64,000 nucleotides of DNA from Prorocentrum cordatum (lineage: Eukaryota), in assembly GCA_963575745.1 (NCBI GenBank), contig CAUYUJ010000270.1, positions 62,001-126,000 of the forward strand, in the 5' to 3' direction. The position numbers were made by a program, and so were the translations under genes. Shown here in pieces: positions 48,406 to 62,759 of this stretch. Each line of letters begins with the position of its first letter. The stretch's first letter is position 1. A model generated the notes under the pieces. The model saw nothing but the letters and a program-made list of their open reading frames with translations. It was not told the DNA's origin and ran no database searches.

Positions 48406-51400
48406 CAGTATCGTCGTCGCCGTCGCCGTCGTCCCTGCCGTCGCCGTCGTCGTCATCGTCGACAAGGTCGTTGTCGTCATCGTCGTCGTCGTCGACAATA
48501 TCGTCCTCGTCGTCGCCGCCGTCACGGCCCCGCCGTCGACGTCGCCGCCGTCCCAGTCGTCGGCGACAACATCGTCTTTTTTGGCGTCGTCGCAGTCGTC
48601 TTCATCATCGGCAATATCAGCGTCGTCGCCGCCGTCACCATCGCACTTGTTGTCGTCGTCGACAGCATCGCCGTCGTCGTCGTCGTCGCCGTCGATCGGG
48701 AGTCGAGGTTCGAGGGTAGAAATAAATGTTTGGGCGTTTGTTTGGAGGTCTCAGGGGCACCCTCCTCGTGGCCACGGTCGCTGTCGTCATCGCCGTCGTC
48801 TCCGTCGCCGTCGTGGCATGCCGTCGTCATCGCCGTCGACGTGGTCCTCGTCGCCGTCGCCATAACCGTCGTCGGCGGCAGGCAAAAAGGCGTCCGAACG
48901 AATCTTAACTGGCCAGGCGAAACCAGATCTCGGTTGAAAATAGCCGCCCGTGCAAAAAGCTAGGAAGGCCGGTATCGACAGACCAAGGCACTTTCGCGGG
49001 ACCCGGACAGTCGGCTTCGTTAGACCCGGTCGGTTTCGCGGGACCCGGGCGGGCAGTTGTGCTAGACCCTGTCGGTTTCGCTAGCCCTGGTCGGTTTCGC
49101 TGGACCCAGGCGGGTCCCCCCGGGGTGGTCCTCCTGGAGCGTCCTCGTCGCCACGGCTGGATCTGCATGAGAGTTCTGGTCAAGACGCACCCTGGGACAG
49201 GTCTGGGGATCGATTGACGGGCGGAACACGATGCGCAGAAGGCGCCCACGCACCACCACCTTGCCTGGCCAGGGCCACTCATCCTGGCATGGTGCATACG
49301 CCCGCCCACAATGGCCCCAGCCAGGCACGGTGGTGGTGCATGGATGCTTTCGCCCCAGGTCCTGGACATCCTGGATGCACAAAAAACGCACGTCTTGAGA
49401 AAGCGTGTGATGCTTCCGCTGGCCTTCCGCCGCCTTGCGCCGGCGGAGGCGGCCTTGTTTACTTCCGCCGGCTTCCGCTGGCCTTCCGCCAGTTTCCGCC
49501 GAGGAAGAGATGCAATCTTCTCGGTCCTCGAAGGCGTCGCCCAATCTGGAACACACCATAGATCAAAGAACACGGAACAGGAGGATGAGAAAGAGGGCGG
49601 AGGAGGGGGACGCGGAAGGACGCGGAAGCAGCACGCGTGGTCCCGCGGGCGCCGCGGGCCTCGATGCCCAGCACCTGCTGGCAATCAGAGGGGGGATCCA
49701 CCAGGGGGCCTTCGGAGGGGAATAGGAAGGCGCCAGCTATAACTACACCAGCCCTCTGGGCGCAGGTCGTCCACCCCCATCTTTGATCGATGGCCTCCAA
49801 AATGGCCCAAAGGGTCCCTCCACGGCCACAAAATTGGCCCCGGGAGAGCCCCAAGGGGGGCCCAAGATGGGGGGCCCAAGAGGGTCCAAAAGGCTACTTC
49901 ACAATTGTTTGCGTCCCTACTTCACTACATGCTGTTACCTACGTCCCTCCTCGAGGCAGCTTCTCTGGGCATCGTTTCTGGATGGTCTGGTTGTGGGAGA
50001 ACAAAAAGCCGACACCAGCACCAAGAAAGTAGTTGTTTCACGAAGTGTCGAATTGCGTTTTGGACCAGCGCGAGCCCGCCCTGGCCTGAGGAATCGCAGA
50101 GTGGGCGAGGAGGACGGGGGAAGGGAGACGTCGCGCAGCACGCAAGAGGGAAAGCAGGAAAGAACAAGTGCAAGCGAGAAACGAAACTAGCAGGCGCCCT
50201 CGGCAGAGGAGGGAGAGAAGAGGGAAGGCTGCGGCATCCCCCATGGCTGAAGCTTCACTCCCCCCACCGCCGCCCTCCACCACGCCTCCCCCCGCCCGCC
50301 CGCCCCCCTCTCATTCCCCCCACCCTTCAACCACCCTATGTCCGCCCGCGTCGCATCCCTGACCCTCGTCTGGCCCGACACCAAAGCCCGACGAGTTCGA
50401 ATCCACCGCTCTCCGCGAAAGAGGGCGGTGGCCGCCCTTCGCGTCCTGGGCATAAGACCGTGGCCCCCTCTAGACCCAAGCCCGCAGCCCGTGGCGACCT
50501 TCCGAAATCGTCGAGAAGTTCAGCTCGCACATGGGGCCGCCGTTCCAGTGGGGGTCTTGGTGGTGGTGTCGGTTTTTTGATGTTGCTGGGAACCAGAAGC
50601 CGGCACCAGCACCGAGACGCCACTGAAAAAGTTCGGAGCGCTTTCCCTGTGGGGGCTGAGCGACCCAACGAAGCCAAGAAAGCTTGAGATGGCTCGCATT
50701 GCTCTCCGACTTTGCAAGCCATGGTGCTTCCATGATAGAAGAACGTCCCATGCAGCTCATGGCGTCCCTGAGGCCCACGGGGCTTCCATGGCCCGCGGGG
50801 CTTCCAAGGCTCAGGAACCAGATGTGGCCCTGACGAGTCAGGGAGCCCATGGTGCCCGCGCGGCATGCTGGGCCAGCGCGGCGCGTTGGGCTTATGCGCG
50901 CTGCGGCGCACGTTCGGCCCATGAAGCCCTTGGTGGGACTTGTGGGGTTCATGGGGCTGGCTGGGTTCGCACGGCCCGCGGGCCTCGCGCGGCCCATGGA
51001 AATCCCAACGCTCACTTGGGGAATTGGAGACGGCCCATGTTCCCACGCGCTCAGAGCTGGCATTCATCAGCGCGGGACACGCGAGCCCGAAGACACGGGC
51101 GACGGCATGCAACAGAGGTTGCAATGTGTTCTTTTCCAGTGGCTTCTTGGTGTTGGTGTCGGGTTCCTGTGCGCCGAGGTTGGGGTACTTTTTTGGTCAG
51201 CGGCCGCAGGCGAGCGCGCCAGCGGCGAGTCCAGTCTGGTTGGGGTACGCAAAGCGTCAAGAATTACACCTAGGACCCGGGATACACCCTCCTGGCCTGG
51301 CCGAGAATCGGGGACACACTAACCCAGGTCAACCCAAACGCGGGTCGGCCAGGGCCCCAGACTATGTTGCGAACCCCGGCCGGCCGCCTAGCAGCTCCCA

Positions 51401-52809
51401 AGCCCGGGTCGGCGGAAAGTATGAGACGGCCACACGTGGTTCCCAAACCTGGGTCAGCCAGAGGGGATTGGCTGACCCCCTCTAGCGCCGACCTCCGCCC
51501 CAAAGGAAGGCATATACGCAGATCCCAGGCCCAGGACTGGCATGACCACGACCGGTGCGAGTGTAGAGTTGGCGGCCCCAGTCTGCACCCAGACCTCCGA
51601 CGTTCGACTTTGTCCTTGCAGTGGGCCTGGAGCCCCAGACCCCATCCGCGGGGCCATTTTTTGTCGCCGCGGGTGTTTGTCGATTGTCCGACATCTATCA
51701 ACGAACGCAGGTCCTGCTTTTTCGCGACGCCCGAGGGTCTGGGGAGCGGCAGGCCCGGGGCCTGGGGGCCTGACGCCGCGGCGTGAGGTCTGAGGATCTG
51801 GAGATGAAGAGGCCTTGTGTCTGAAGGTGACGGCCTGTCGGTCTGAGGCCTGAGGGCGAGCAGGAAACCTCAGGATGATAATGATGCCTTGACTGGATTG
51901 GCTCAGGATGCGTCCCAAGCTTTCCTAAATACGTATCTAGCGGCCCTCGGCTTTTGGAACCGGTGCGGAACAGCAGGAAACCTTGCACATCTGGGATGTA
52001 TTGGAACAGCGAACGGCGAACAGCAGTCAACACTCTGTCAGCACGCAATTCATCCCGTTCCTCTTCCCGCAGGGAGCTCCAGACGGCCCCGGCGGAGGCG
52101 TCCAAATAGCGACCCCGCGCCCACTTCGGCACGCCACTCCTGCGTTTCCTGTCGCGGGGAAGGGGCCGCCTGCGCGGCAATGTCGGCACCCCCTGCAACG
52201 TTTCCTGCCACCGCGCAGGGATGAGGGAAAACTCTGCGCAAAACCGCACACGCGCGCACATCGCCGGACAAACCCAATACATGGTTATGGGGCTACGGGC
52301 TATAGCGCCAGTCTCGCTGGAACCTACGCACAACCAGACGTTTATACGCAAGTCCGCGCGATGTGACTAGCGAACGACCGCCGCCTTCAGCCGCGCGAAA
52401 AAACTCCAATAGAAAAAAAACATGTAAACACCGACGTCAAACGCGACGTCCAACAATGTAAAGAAAACCTACCAAACACGTACACTCATGTTGTATCCCT
52501 CGAAGTTCTGACGGGAAAACAATGCAGGGGACGGTTTCGATTGCGATGCCACACAACGCAGGCGTCAGGCGTCAACATGAGCACTTACTCGTGCACCGGA
52601 CGCTGTCAGCTCAACAGGGAGCTACGCGCGACACCCCGAAAACGGCGTGACACACACACACACCCACACACACACGCAACCGATACACTCGCGGTCGGCA
52701 TCCACACGGGACAATGCGCTACGAACAAAGCAGGCGCGCGCGGCGGGTACCCCGCGCGAGCGCGGGTCACCCGGCATCCGCCCAGCAACCCCGACCCGAT
52801 CGAATCTTT

Positions 52810-53295
52810 TACGAACACGACACGGACTGTATAGGCTCGTATACACAGTCGGTGCGGAACCTACAAGATCCTATACAGAGTTGGTGCGGGCTGTATAGGA
52901 CCCTGCACAGATCCGACACGGGCCGTATAAGATCCTGTACAGAACCGATACGAACTGTATAGGTCGTATACAGATCTGACACGTGCTGTGTAGGATCCTG
53001 TACAGAGCCGACACGGACTGTATAGGCTCGTATACAAATCCGATATGGGGTGCGCAGAATCCAGATATGGGATGCACACACCAATGCGGACTCTAGAGGA
53101 CCTTATCCAAAGCCGATATGGACTCGATCGGACCCTATACAAAACCAACACGGTATGCATAGGATCCCATACATATCGGGCACGATCAGTGCAAAACCCT
53201 ATAGATATTCAATATGGACGGCATAGGATCCTCTACAGATCCGGTACGGAGTGTATAAGATCCTGTACATATCTGGTACGGACTTTATAAAATCA
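52810..53295. repeat. AT-richer minisatellite (ACACGGACTGTATAGG..CGTATACA/GATCCTGTACAGA)
   Basis: GACACGGACTGTATAGGCTCGTATACA at ~52819 and ~53010, with shorter internal periodicity. Confidence 0.8.
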
Positions 53296-56200
53296 TACAA
53301 ACGGGCAGAGGCGCCCGTCCTTCAAAAGCCAGCCGCCAAGACCACCGCCGGGGGCGCCACAACAGGCCTGGTCTGTGGTATCGGTTTGGATGCTATGCAA
53401 CGACAGATATACCCTGAGATCCGATGTCACGAGAAACATCATACATAAGAACCCAGCCGCAGCCATGGACCCAATATTCCTACTGCATGTTTAAAGCCCG
53501 ATCGATCCCTGAAGCTCCCTGGATCTGAAGCACGGCAAAATCGCCCGTCGTGAAAATGGCGACGTCAGGATCTCAGTGGACCCCCCCGCTCGATCCACCT
53601 GCCAACGCTCATTGAACAACGTCTCGAAGTGCGACCCTGCGCGACCGAGACAAGAAGGCGATGCGCGCCTCCGCCCCCCCAAAAACTGCTCGCGCTGTCG
53701 CCTCGCGGGGCTCGCCCCTCTGCTGACTGTCGCAACCTTGGCAGAGAGCCGCCCACCCGCGAAAGGCACCTATACATCTACACCATCATGCCTGGCCTTG
53801 GCCGTCCTCTGGGCCCCAGGTGCACACACCCTCCTGGCCTCGACCAGGAGGTATTCACCAGCCTCTGGCCCAGGGTGGTCCTAGCTGGGCACAGTGGTGG
53901 TGCGTGGATGCCTTGTGCGGACCCTCAGGGTTGTGCTGCGCGCCCCAGGAAAATCGTCACTGACGACCGCAGCTCCATCGCATGGTGTCACCCAGGGGAG
54001 GACGAGCGTGCTCCCGATTTCGCTCCAGCTCCTGCTCCCTTTTCTGCTGCTCCTGATCCTCCCTCTCATGCTGCTGTCCTCCTTGTCTTGCTCAGCATGT
54101 CTGAACCGCCTCCCAATCGTTCTCCTGATCCTCGTCCTCCTCGCGCGCTCTCCTCCCTTGCCGGCATCCTCCTAGAATCCGTAAAGTCGCTGTTCCTGTC
54201 TCTCCCTACGCCTCCTCCTCCCCGCCCGCCTCCTCCCCCTCCTCCGCCTGCTCCTCCGCCTCTTCCGCCTCTTCACCCTCCTTCTTCCAGCTTGCCAGGG
54301 GGGGGCGAAGAAGACGAGCACGGGGAACCGCGCACACAGGCGGGACGGCCTGAGCACTATGCCGAAAGGCCTGCCGTTCGGGTCCATGGCGTGTCTTGGC
54401 GCCCCCCTGTACCCGACGCTCCCCGCTTGACCCCACGTGGCCCCCCTATGCGCGGGACATCCAGAAGACGGACAAGAAGGATGAGCAGCAGATCCCAGGG
54501 CCCACAGAAGGCAAGGTTACGTATCTTCATAATGTTTCGCTTGCGCTCAGGTTGAAGAGGTGACCACCGCCCTTCCGTGTTGAATTTGAGGCATCACCAA
54601 CGACAAGGTTCGAGGCATGCTCGCGCGCGAAGATCCCATTACGCAGAATATTGTTATCCACCGGCATGATCATATGGAGCTCCGCCGCGTCAGCCGAAGA
54701 CGACAGAACCAAAAACAGCATAGGTAGGGAGCCCATGAGGAATAACATCAACGGCCCCCATCAACCCTACCCTGGCGCCCAACCACCGCGATTGGAGCGC
54801 GCCTACGCAAACCGCACGCACGCGGTACACGGGGACCAGGCAGTCCCGCCACACACCGACAGCCCCATCGCCCTGTCCACAGAAAGTCCCCAACCCGCAT
54901 CTGCGCATGGATTCACACTATCTAAATGAACGAGCTCCATGCACCGACGTAGTCGGCCAATAAGGAAATACCCCTTTTATAAGATATCCGATGCTGATTG
55001 CACATCTTTGCATGTCGCTGCGCTGCACCGGCTCGTGGAAATAAAGCTTTGAATGTTTTCCCAGGAAGGCGAAAAGCGCACCCACAGCGCCCTGGGGGGC
55101 GTGCAAGTAATGATGCCTTGCGCGCCTTGTCGCAAGGAGCTTGGCTCCTTCAAGGCCCGATCAACGTTGGAAAACAATGTCGATGCATGGATTCCCATCC
55201 CCGAACCATTTCGCTTGGGCGAGAAATGCCTTCGAAGGAGGGCGCACCGCGGGCTTCTGGGTGGGACCCCAGTGCGAGGTCTCGGGTTCCAGGGCAACGC
55301 CCCGAAGACCTCTTCGAGCCCCAGGGGCTCGTTGGGGGAAGGGGGGCCGCTCGCAGAGAGAGGAAAAGGAGATAGAAATCGGCGATTGGCTGCTGAGCAC
55401 GACAATATACCTTTCCTTGTCAACCTCGGCGAATTGCGGCTGCTGGAGCTGGCCTTCCTTCGATCACGGTCAGAGGCGAAGGAAGCTTGGCTCGGCCAGA
55501 GCTTGTGGGGGGGGGCTTTCCCCAAGCCCACGCTGTTGCTCGCCATTCACCTGAACTCCTTGTACTGGGCTGTTCAAGGATCTAGGGGCGGGGGGCTTTA
55601 CTGCCACAGGCCTGGGGCCCACTAGATTTTGAAAGGGTCGGAGGGGGACGACGAGAGGCAGACCACAAGGTCGAAAAGCGTATCCCCCTTGCAGTGTTCC
55701 CGTGCCGCGAAGGCGTTATTGGAGGAGTTCTCAAAGTGCGCACGCTTGTCCGATTGCGTCCGTCGACGGTTTGCTACAGGTGGACTTCTCTCAGTTTGGG
55801 ACCCCCTTGGACCAATGATGGATCGGGCAGATGGGAGCGCGCCGCGCCAGGAGATAACGGATCCAGGTGGCAAGCCAAAACTTTAACAGGCCCGTGCTGC
55901 GGGGAGGTCTCGCCCCCCCCGCTACCTTCCGCCCGGGTTCCCCAAGGTATTGGGGTCCTGCTCCTGGCTCGGGTCGGCTGCACGTAAGAGTGACCCCGGT
56001 GATCTTTGGTGCGCGGTCTGCCGACCATTGCATGGGATGATTCAGAGCGGCCCGTGTGCTTGGACTTCGCCCCCCCCGCCCCCCCCCCCCCACGCCGGGC
56101 GCCCTTGCCGCCCCTTGCTCCTTCAACTTATGATGCTGAAACTACGCAGCTCCAATACAACAAGGATGGGGGGCGTGCGGCTTTCAAACTAGAGCCCTCG

Positions 56201-59200
56201 CCGTAGCGCCACGCACACTGACCCTAAAAACTTGCAATAGTTACAAGGATGGAAAGTCTTTCCTCTGAGAATCGGGGTAAGATGACAAAGGAACTAAGGT
56301 CTCGTGTTGACTCTGCTCAGTAGTAGAGGATACGGGATGAGACATCGATGAAACCACAAGTAACCGTTAAGCAACTGTACTCAGGAATGGGAAGTGAGGA
56401 GGCTGGCAGGCCGACGACACGACAACGACGAGGGAACGACCCCTCGGCGCGCGCGTGCAAGCCCGCACGCTCCTTTTCTATCCTGTGAGCACAGACAGCT
56501 GCGGTGCAGTGCCGCAGAGTCAAGGTGTGGCAAGGCAGGCAGCGAGTGGCAAGCGCAGTAAGAGGCGGAGAGGAGCATATTTACTCCCCCCGCGGCGGGC
56601 TTCGTTGGGCCCATCCAGCCACAGCTCGCCTGGCCTGTACATATATACAGCCATCGGAGCGAATCCAAAAAGCGTTTTACCGCTCGACGGTGGTTGCCAG
56701 GGAGCTGAGGGCCGAAGAAACCCGGAGATTCCCACCAACAGTTAAATAACGTATCTCTGCCGATGCGACTTTGTCGCTCAGTTGAGCCCGCGGCGACTTG
56801 GTCGCCCGGGTTCTGCCTGCTCTCACTTCTTGTTCCAAAGGTATCCCCGCGATGGCGGAGGCGGAGGTCTCGGATGCGAAGATGACGAGCCCCCCGTCTG
56901 ATCCGCGGCCCAATAGGGCGAACGTGACCTGCATCCCTTGCCACGGCCAGCGTAGGGCGCTGACCCGTTGTCCTTGTCCTTGTTCTTGCTCTTGGAACCC
57001 TTTCCTTTTCTCGGAAAGCGGTAGTTGTAGTCATTCAGGTACACAGTATGCCACGCGCGTGACTGGTCCTCCCTGGGGCCCATCCAGGATATCACGTCCC
57101 GGTGAACCCAATATCCATCCAGTACATCATTTGTGTAGTGCGGGTAATGCACCGAGAGGTCGTAGCAGCCCCGCGCCCGGCATCCATGGCTCCGCCGCGC
57201 GCGCGCGTCGGCCTCGACCCATCCCGCGTGTCCCTGTCAGACGAATACCATGAGTGCTCATCTCCTGCCGCGGCGGTTTGACCGCTGGCAGAGTAAGGAG
57301 ATTCACTAACGTCGTCATGGGCCCGATCGTCTTGGACGTCGGGTCTGCGTGGAGAAGGTGGCGGATCGGGGCGATCAGCTGTTCTGGGCCTCGCTTTCGC
57401 CAAAGCAGGTCCCTCCGTATCGGCTTGGCCGTCGGATGGCCCATCAGCGCCTCCACTCCCACGAACACTCATCGCCTTTTGCTTTCTAGCACATCTAATA
57501 ATATCCCTCGCGGCAGTAGCAGCGAAAATGCCGAACTTGCCGCAGGCGCCACGAAAGCGGCCTTCATCTTTATCTTGGAGCCCAGTGGCTTCCACGAATG
57601 GGTATAGCCAATAAATAGCTTCTTGCAGCTTCATGCCTTGACGACGGATATCGGCACGAGACTGTTTGCCCAAGTTACGGGCCCATTCCTCAATGAGGTC
57701 GTCTGTCTCAATCGCCACGCGAATGCGGCAATCAAGGGCGCATGCATCCGCTCGACGCTTGTCATCGTCGTACTCTGCGCCGGTGCCGGCGGCAAGAAAG
57801 CGAGCCCCAGGGTATGCGATGTAATGTCCCTCGGAGATGAAGCAACTAATGATCTCGCGGACAATCGCAATCACGAGAATAATGAGACCCAACTCCAATT
57901 CTGGAACAGGAATCTCCCAGTTCCATCCATTGGTGGTCCGCGCGCCGTCTGGAACATCGTGCGTTATTTCGCCCGACAATCGTAACCTATCAGGTTCATT
58001 TGTGTCCGGGCGATAGCTGGTGTACTCCATGACGTACTGAGCCGACACATCTTTGGCTCCGTCCTCGGTCAACGTGATGCTCAACGATCTGTCTTCGCGA
58101 TGAGAGTTGGGCTGATCAAGATCGATCCTCCCGTCAATCATCTGCTCGGTCTTGGACACGCAGACTGCAGTGAAATCAAGGATCATGTCTACGTTCTCCT
58201 CACCCGCCGTCACGGATGGACCGGCGGCAGGTTTGTCATGCTTGCACACTGATATGAGAGGGTGTTCAGAACATATTATGTTACGCCTGCTGACGGACTG
58301 AGAAGCACGACGAGGACGTGCCACAAAATTATTTGCCCAAGCAACCGGTGGACGTCCGCGAAGGCTGGGCCCTGAGACGTCCATATCGTTGCCCTGGGCA
58401 ACGGGCAGCCAGGGCGCTGTTCCATCTTCTGCGTCTTGCAGTGTCCGAAGCGTTGGCACGAAGATATTGGCATTACTCATGTTGCGCTCCCATTCGAACC
58501 AACCCTCGAAAGGTACAAAGCGTGCGCCAGGTTCCTCTGGCCACTCAAAACAGCCAGAGCGAGACAAGACATGGGACGTGCATACTGGTCAATATCTATT
58601 GCCCAAAGTAAGGGCCACCACTCTGTGATCGTTGGAGCCTGAGTTGCCTGTCTCTCAGCCAAGTGCGCGAGCCATTTAATGAATCGCCTCTTCAGAGGTT
58701 CAAGGTACTGAAAGAAAGGACCGTGACGCGCCGGCGGCTGGGCCGCGGCGCGGTCAGGAATCCAGGCAGGAACACCACCCGGGCGGCTGTTTCCAAAGGT
58801 CTGACCCGAAGCAGCCAAGCGAATATAATGATTATTCGTTGCCCACTTGCGCTCCAGCTGCAGATTGATGTTGATGTTGTAAACTACATCAGCCGAAGCT
58901 CTCCGTTGTCTATTTACTCGCACGCCAACATAACGATCACGCTCATGAGGGACGGTATCAACGCCGATAACGTGCGACAGAATGCCATTGTTCCAAAGCG
59001 AAGTTGAAATGGTCCTGCGTCGGTATGACTGAAGCAAATAATCGTGGGCAACCTTGTACTTATACTTGATCGGATTACTGCAAGAGGGGCAATGGCCAAA
59101 GCCAGTTCGCACCCAATACCAGTTAGCGCAGAGGAACCGACCGTCGTCCTCCCAGGGGACAGACTGAATAAAAACTGCTGTCTCTGGAGGCAACGGAGGC

Positions 59201-59379
59201 CCATAATCTGGGCGCAAAGACAAAGTCTCGTCAGTATGAATCCAGCCGAGCATCGAGGCGTTATCAAAATTTACCTCATACGATGTCCACTCTTGACTGA
59301 ATTGACCAAGACATTCGCTTGTCTCTGCTATCCAACCAGTCGTTGACTTTGGCGAGGGTGACGGGTTTGTCGATATCAG

Positions 59380-60190
59380 TGAACCTCGGCACCTCACGGG
59401 ACACAAGGGTCCCGTCCTGGCAGATCCGGTACGACAAACGGGTGAGCACTCGGCCATTGAAAACAAGAGCCAACGGCCAGGATTCTCTGTGAGTCGGGGG
59501 CTGGTCCCACAGACGGACTGTGTCCACTGCGGGCCATGCTCCGATCGACGGTGGCTCCCCTGGCTGCGGGTCACTGCCCGTGGCCTCGTGCTTCCGCACA
59601 CGAGCAGGCTCGCCATGCCTCCGCTGGCTTAGCCGCGAAGGAAGATGATCTAGGCCTCGCATGCTCGGATCCTTCTTGGTCGGGAGAAGCCTCAACAAGT
59701 CGTAGTCCGCCTCGAGGCAAAGCCCCGCGTCTCTTTTTGGGAACTTAACTTCTCCGACCATGGATTCCACCAGTGTCTCCATATTGGTGATATGGAGGAG
59801 GGGCCCATGACACCTGGCTATGCCAGGGTCATAAGGCGCACGCATTCTTTCAATTGAAGCAACAAAAGTGGAATGTCCCTGACATGCTCTGTAGAAAACT
59901 GGAATGGGAGAGAACATCCTCTCCCTTGAGAGGGCCAAGATTTGTAGTCACGCCACATTGTATAAACGGTCGTCTCCTTGATGGTGGCGCTGTTGTCAGG
60001 GAGCACTCCGAGGACCTCAGCAGTCCCCGGCTGCAACGCGGCTAGGCCGTGTGCAGCAAGTGCATATAATGTCTGATACCCAAATCCATCCTCGGTCATC
60101 TTCTCAACCGGGTCTCCAAAGTAGACCCAGCCTCCCGAAGACCTCGCGTAATCAGAACAATGCCTCGCGAGATACGTCGCGCAATCTCCG
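59380..60190 (-). pseudogene. Tpt1/KptA-like RNA 2'-phosphotransferase domain, split by a frameshift near 59938
   Basis: Motifs in canonical order: YLARH...GGWVYFGDPV (~60175-60110), FYRACQGHS (~59900-59870), LLHIT (~59795), MRGLDHL (~59660), DGTLVSREVP (~59415). Compare the Tpt1 motifs LRH, GW, IRAxQGHS, LYHGT, RxHVH, NGVWL..VP. Confidence 0.7.
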
Positions 60191-62759
60191 ACGCGTTGAG
60201 CGAACTCGTCTACTCGGCAACTTTGAGGTCGCCAAAAATCCGCACTGCCTAGGGCAGCCGGATTATTGCGATCAGTGACCCCAACAACCAATGGGGTCAA
60301 AAACTTAAAAGACTGAGGGTCAAATCCGCTGGGAATATCATCGGAGTCCAACTCAGCACGGAGAAGCTCTCGCACCTGATCGAAAGTGCCCTCCTCTATG
60401 AAAAGTTCGCTCAACAGTACAAATATGGGATCTTCAACGAATTCTGCAATGTATTTGAGCGTACTATTCGACATATTGCGAATGGCCTCGGCCCGCGGGG
60501 GCACTGGACCAGTAGTGTGGGCCTCTCGAACCCTCCGCCTTCGAACGGAGGGCGTGCGCTGAATAATTCGAGTGTTTTCATCCGGCGGAATATAGAGCTC
60601 TCTGCCCTTAAAGCGGGCAGCGTGCCCGACATTAATCTCCTGGTCATCCTCTTGGGGTGGAGCATCCGTCGGTTTACGCTGTCGCTTACCGGGGGCAGGC
60701 GGCAGCCTGTCTCTGCAGAAGAAGTTGGCAGAGGCTGGGCCAGATCGGTAATGCTCTTCCTCAATGGGAATGAGCTCAGGGTCCGCTTCATACGGGAAGC
60801 CACTGATTTGGGTAAGATCAGGACTGGCCTCAAGGGGACCCGCCGCGCCTGGGGCGCCCGGGGTTCGATCCACAGAGGGGGGCTCCGCCGCGTTATCTCC
60901 ACTTGAAGCGGCAACTGGCGGCGGTGCCGTAGCAGCGGGTTCATCCTCCTCATCAGAAGACCCCGGCCTGGTAGGAGAAGACTCGGCAACCTCGCAAGGC
61001 GCAGCGCGTGAAGCAGCCGCAGCGCCCGAGTCGACCATCATATTGTCTTCCTGCGCCGGTTTGGCCTCCGCTCTGGCTGGGCCAGGCGGAGGCGCAGGCA
61101 AGCTCGCCGTCGCGGCTGGGCCGGGCGGCGGCGCAGGGGGACGATGAAGTTTGCTTCCACTCGCGACAGATTCGCCCTCAGCGCGTGGCTTTGAACGTTT
61201 GCTCTTGGCGGCGATCACAGGAGTAGGAACAAAATCTGGTGCCGCCTTATGGATCTGCTCAACACCGACGGTTGCAAACTTCTTCCATGATTCCGAGTAT
61301 GTTCCAGGCTCGTGTTTCCCATTTATCTTCGCCTTCTCGTAGATCCTCTTTGCTGCGCTAATATACTCTTCAATATCTCGCAAATCCTCGGGACATTCGG
61401 CCTCTGGCGGCCAGTCAGCAACAGTGCGGCGCCGCTGGTAAAAGAAATCTTTCTCTTTCCTCAGTGCTCTACGCGCTTGCCTGCCGTTGAAGTGCGCATT
61501 GGAGATCCCCCTGAGAGTTCGGAGAATGAGGTTTGCAGCGTCGGACCCCCATGGTTGCGGTGACTCCTCTGACGAAAAATCTCCATCCGTCTGCTTCGGA
61601 ACAGATGCCGCAGGAGTCTCCGGCCTCTCACTGCCTCCGTGGCGATCAGAGCTCACATCCTCGGCAGTCTTGGCTTCTGTCTCAACTGCCGCTGCCTTTG
61701 CGACGGAGCTCTCCGCCTTCGCAGTCTGGCCCGTCCCAGCGCTGCCTTGGGCAGGCTGGGGAGATCCCAAGTCTCGGCGCCACTGAGGCGCTGCTTTGGG
61801 CGTGGCCTCAGCTTTCTGATGGCTATGGTCAGCTCGCGACGATCGATCAAAATTCCACCTGTTAAGCTGGAGAGGAAGCTGGGGATCGCGAAGACTCGGT
61901 GCCCAAGGCTTAGGCGGGCCTTCCGCTGTCTCCGCGCCCCCCGGCCTGGCCGGTGGCTGTGCGACTTTAAATGCAGAAAGATCATCAGCTCCAGTATCTA
62001 GGCGCGCCATCTTGGCAGGCGGAAGCTTCGGCGCACGCACCTCTGGACTCGGACGAGGTGGAGGCGGAGGCTTCTTCGGCACGCGTTCCCTCTGCTCTGG
62101 TGACGGTGCGTCCTTCGTCGGCGCGACGTTCGGCTTCGCGACCGGCGGCGGCGCCGTCGCATCGGGTGGCGAAGGTTTATTCGGCACCTCGCTTGCTGAT
62201 CCAACTGGTGACGGCCCCTCCCTCGGGGGGGGAGGAGGCATATATACATTTTCGCAAGTGCATCGGCTTTGGGAAGTGGAGGCCACGCCTCCGCCACGGC
62301 CTTGCCGGGCGGAGACTTGGGCGCTCTCCCAGCCTGGGAAACAGGCTGTCCCAAAGGTGGGAAATCTTCGGTGCCAAGCGAAAATGATGCGCCGGACGGC
62401 TGAGCCGTCGGCTCCTGCTGCTGATCACCCGTCGACGATTTGGCTTTGGCCTCCTCTTCACTATCCCGGGCGAGCGTCTTGGGCGCCTCCGAAGCCTCGT
62501 CTTTGTGCAACGGATTGATCTTAGTGAGCCTGACTCCTTTCTTCTGGAGCCATGGCCAAATATCATCGAACTTACCATCGTTCTCAAAGTGAGGCTGCGA
62601 TCTTTCTGCCGAACGATGGGCCCCAAATTTGGGGCCCACTGGCTCTGGGCCTCCCGGACTTGGTCCGCGGCGTCCTCCCTTGCTTTGGCGCGATATCGTT
62701 CGACCCCGAAGTCTTGCTCCAAGGGCCATTCATTTTGTCGAGCGACATGTTGCAAGAAG

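Noticed and set aside
51698..52351. Protein-like minus-strand ORF
   Set aside because: No recognisable motif or splice partners; cannot be supported.
55620..55880. Cytosine methyltransferase fragments (HFEN, DLVVCLSSSPS)
   Set aside because: Motif order is wrong and there is no FxGxG or PC motif.
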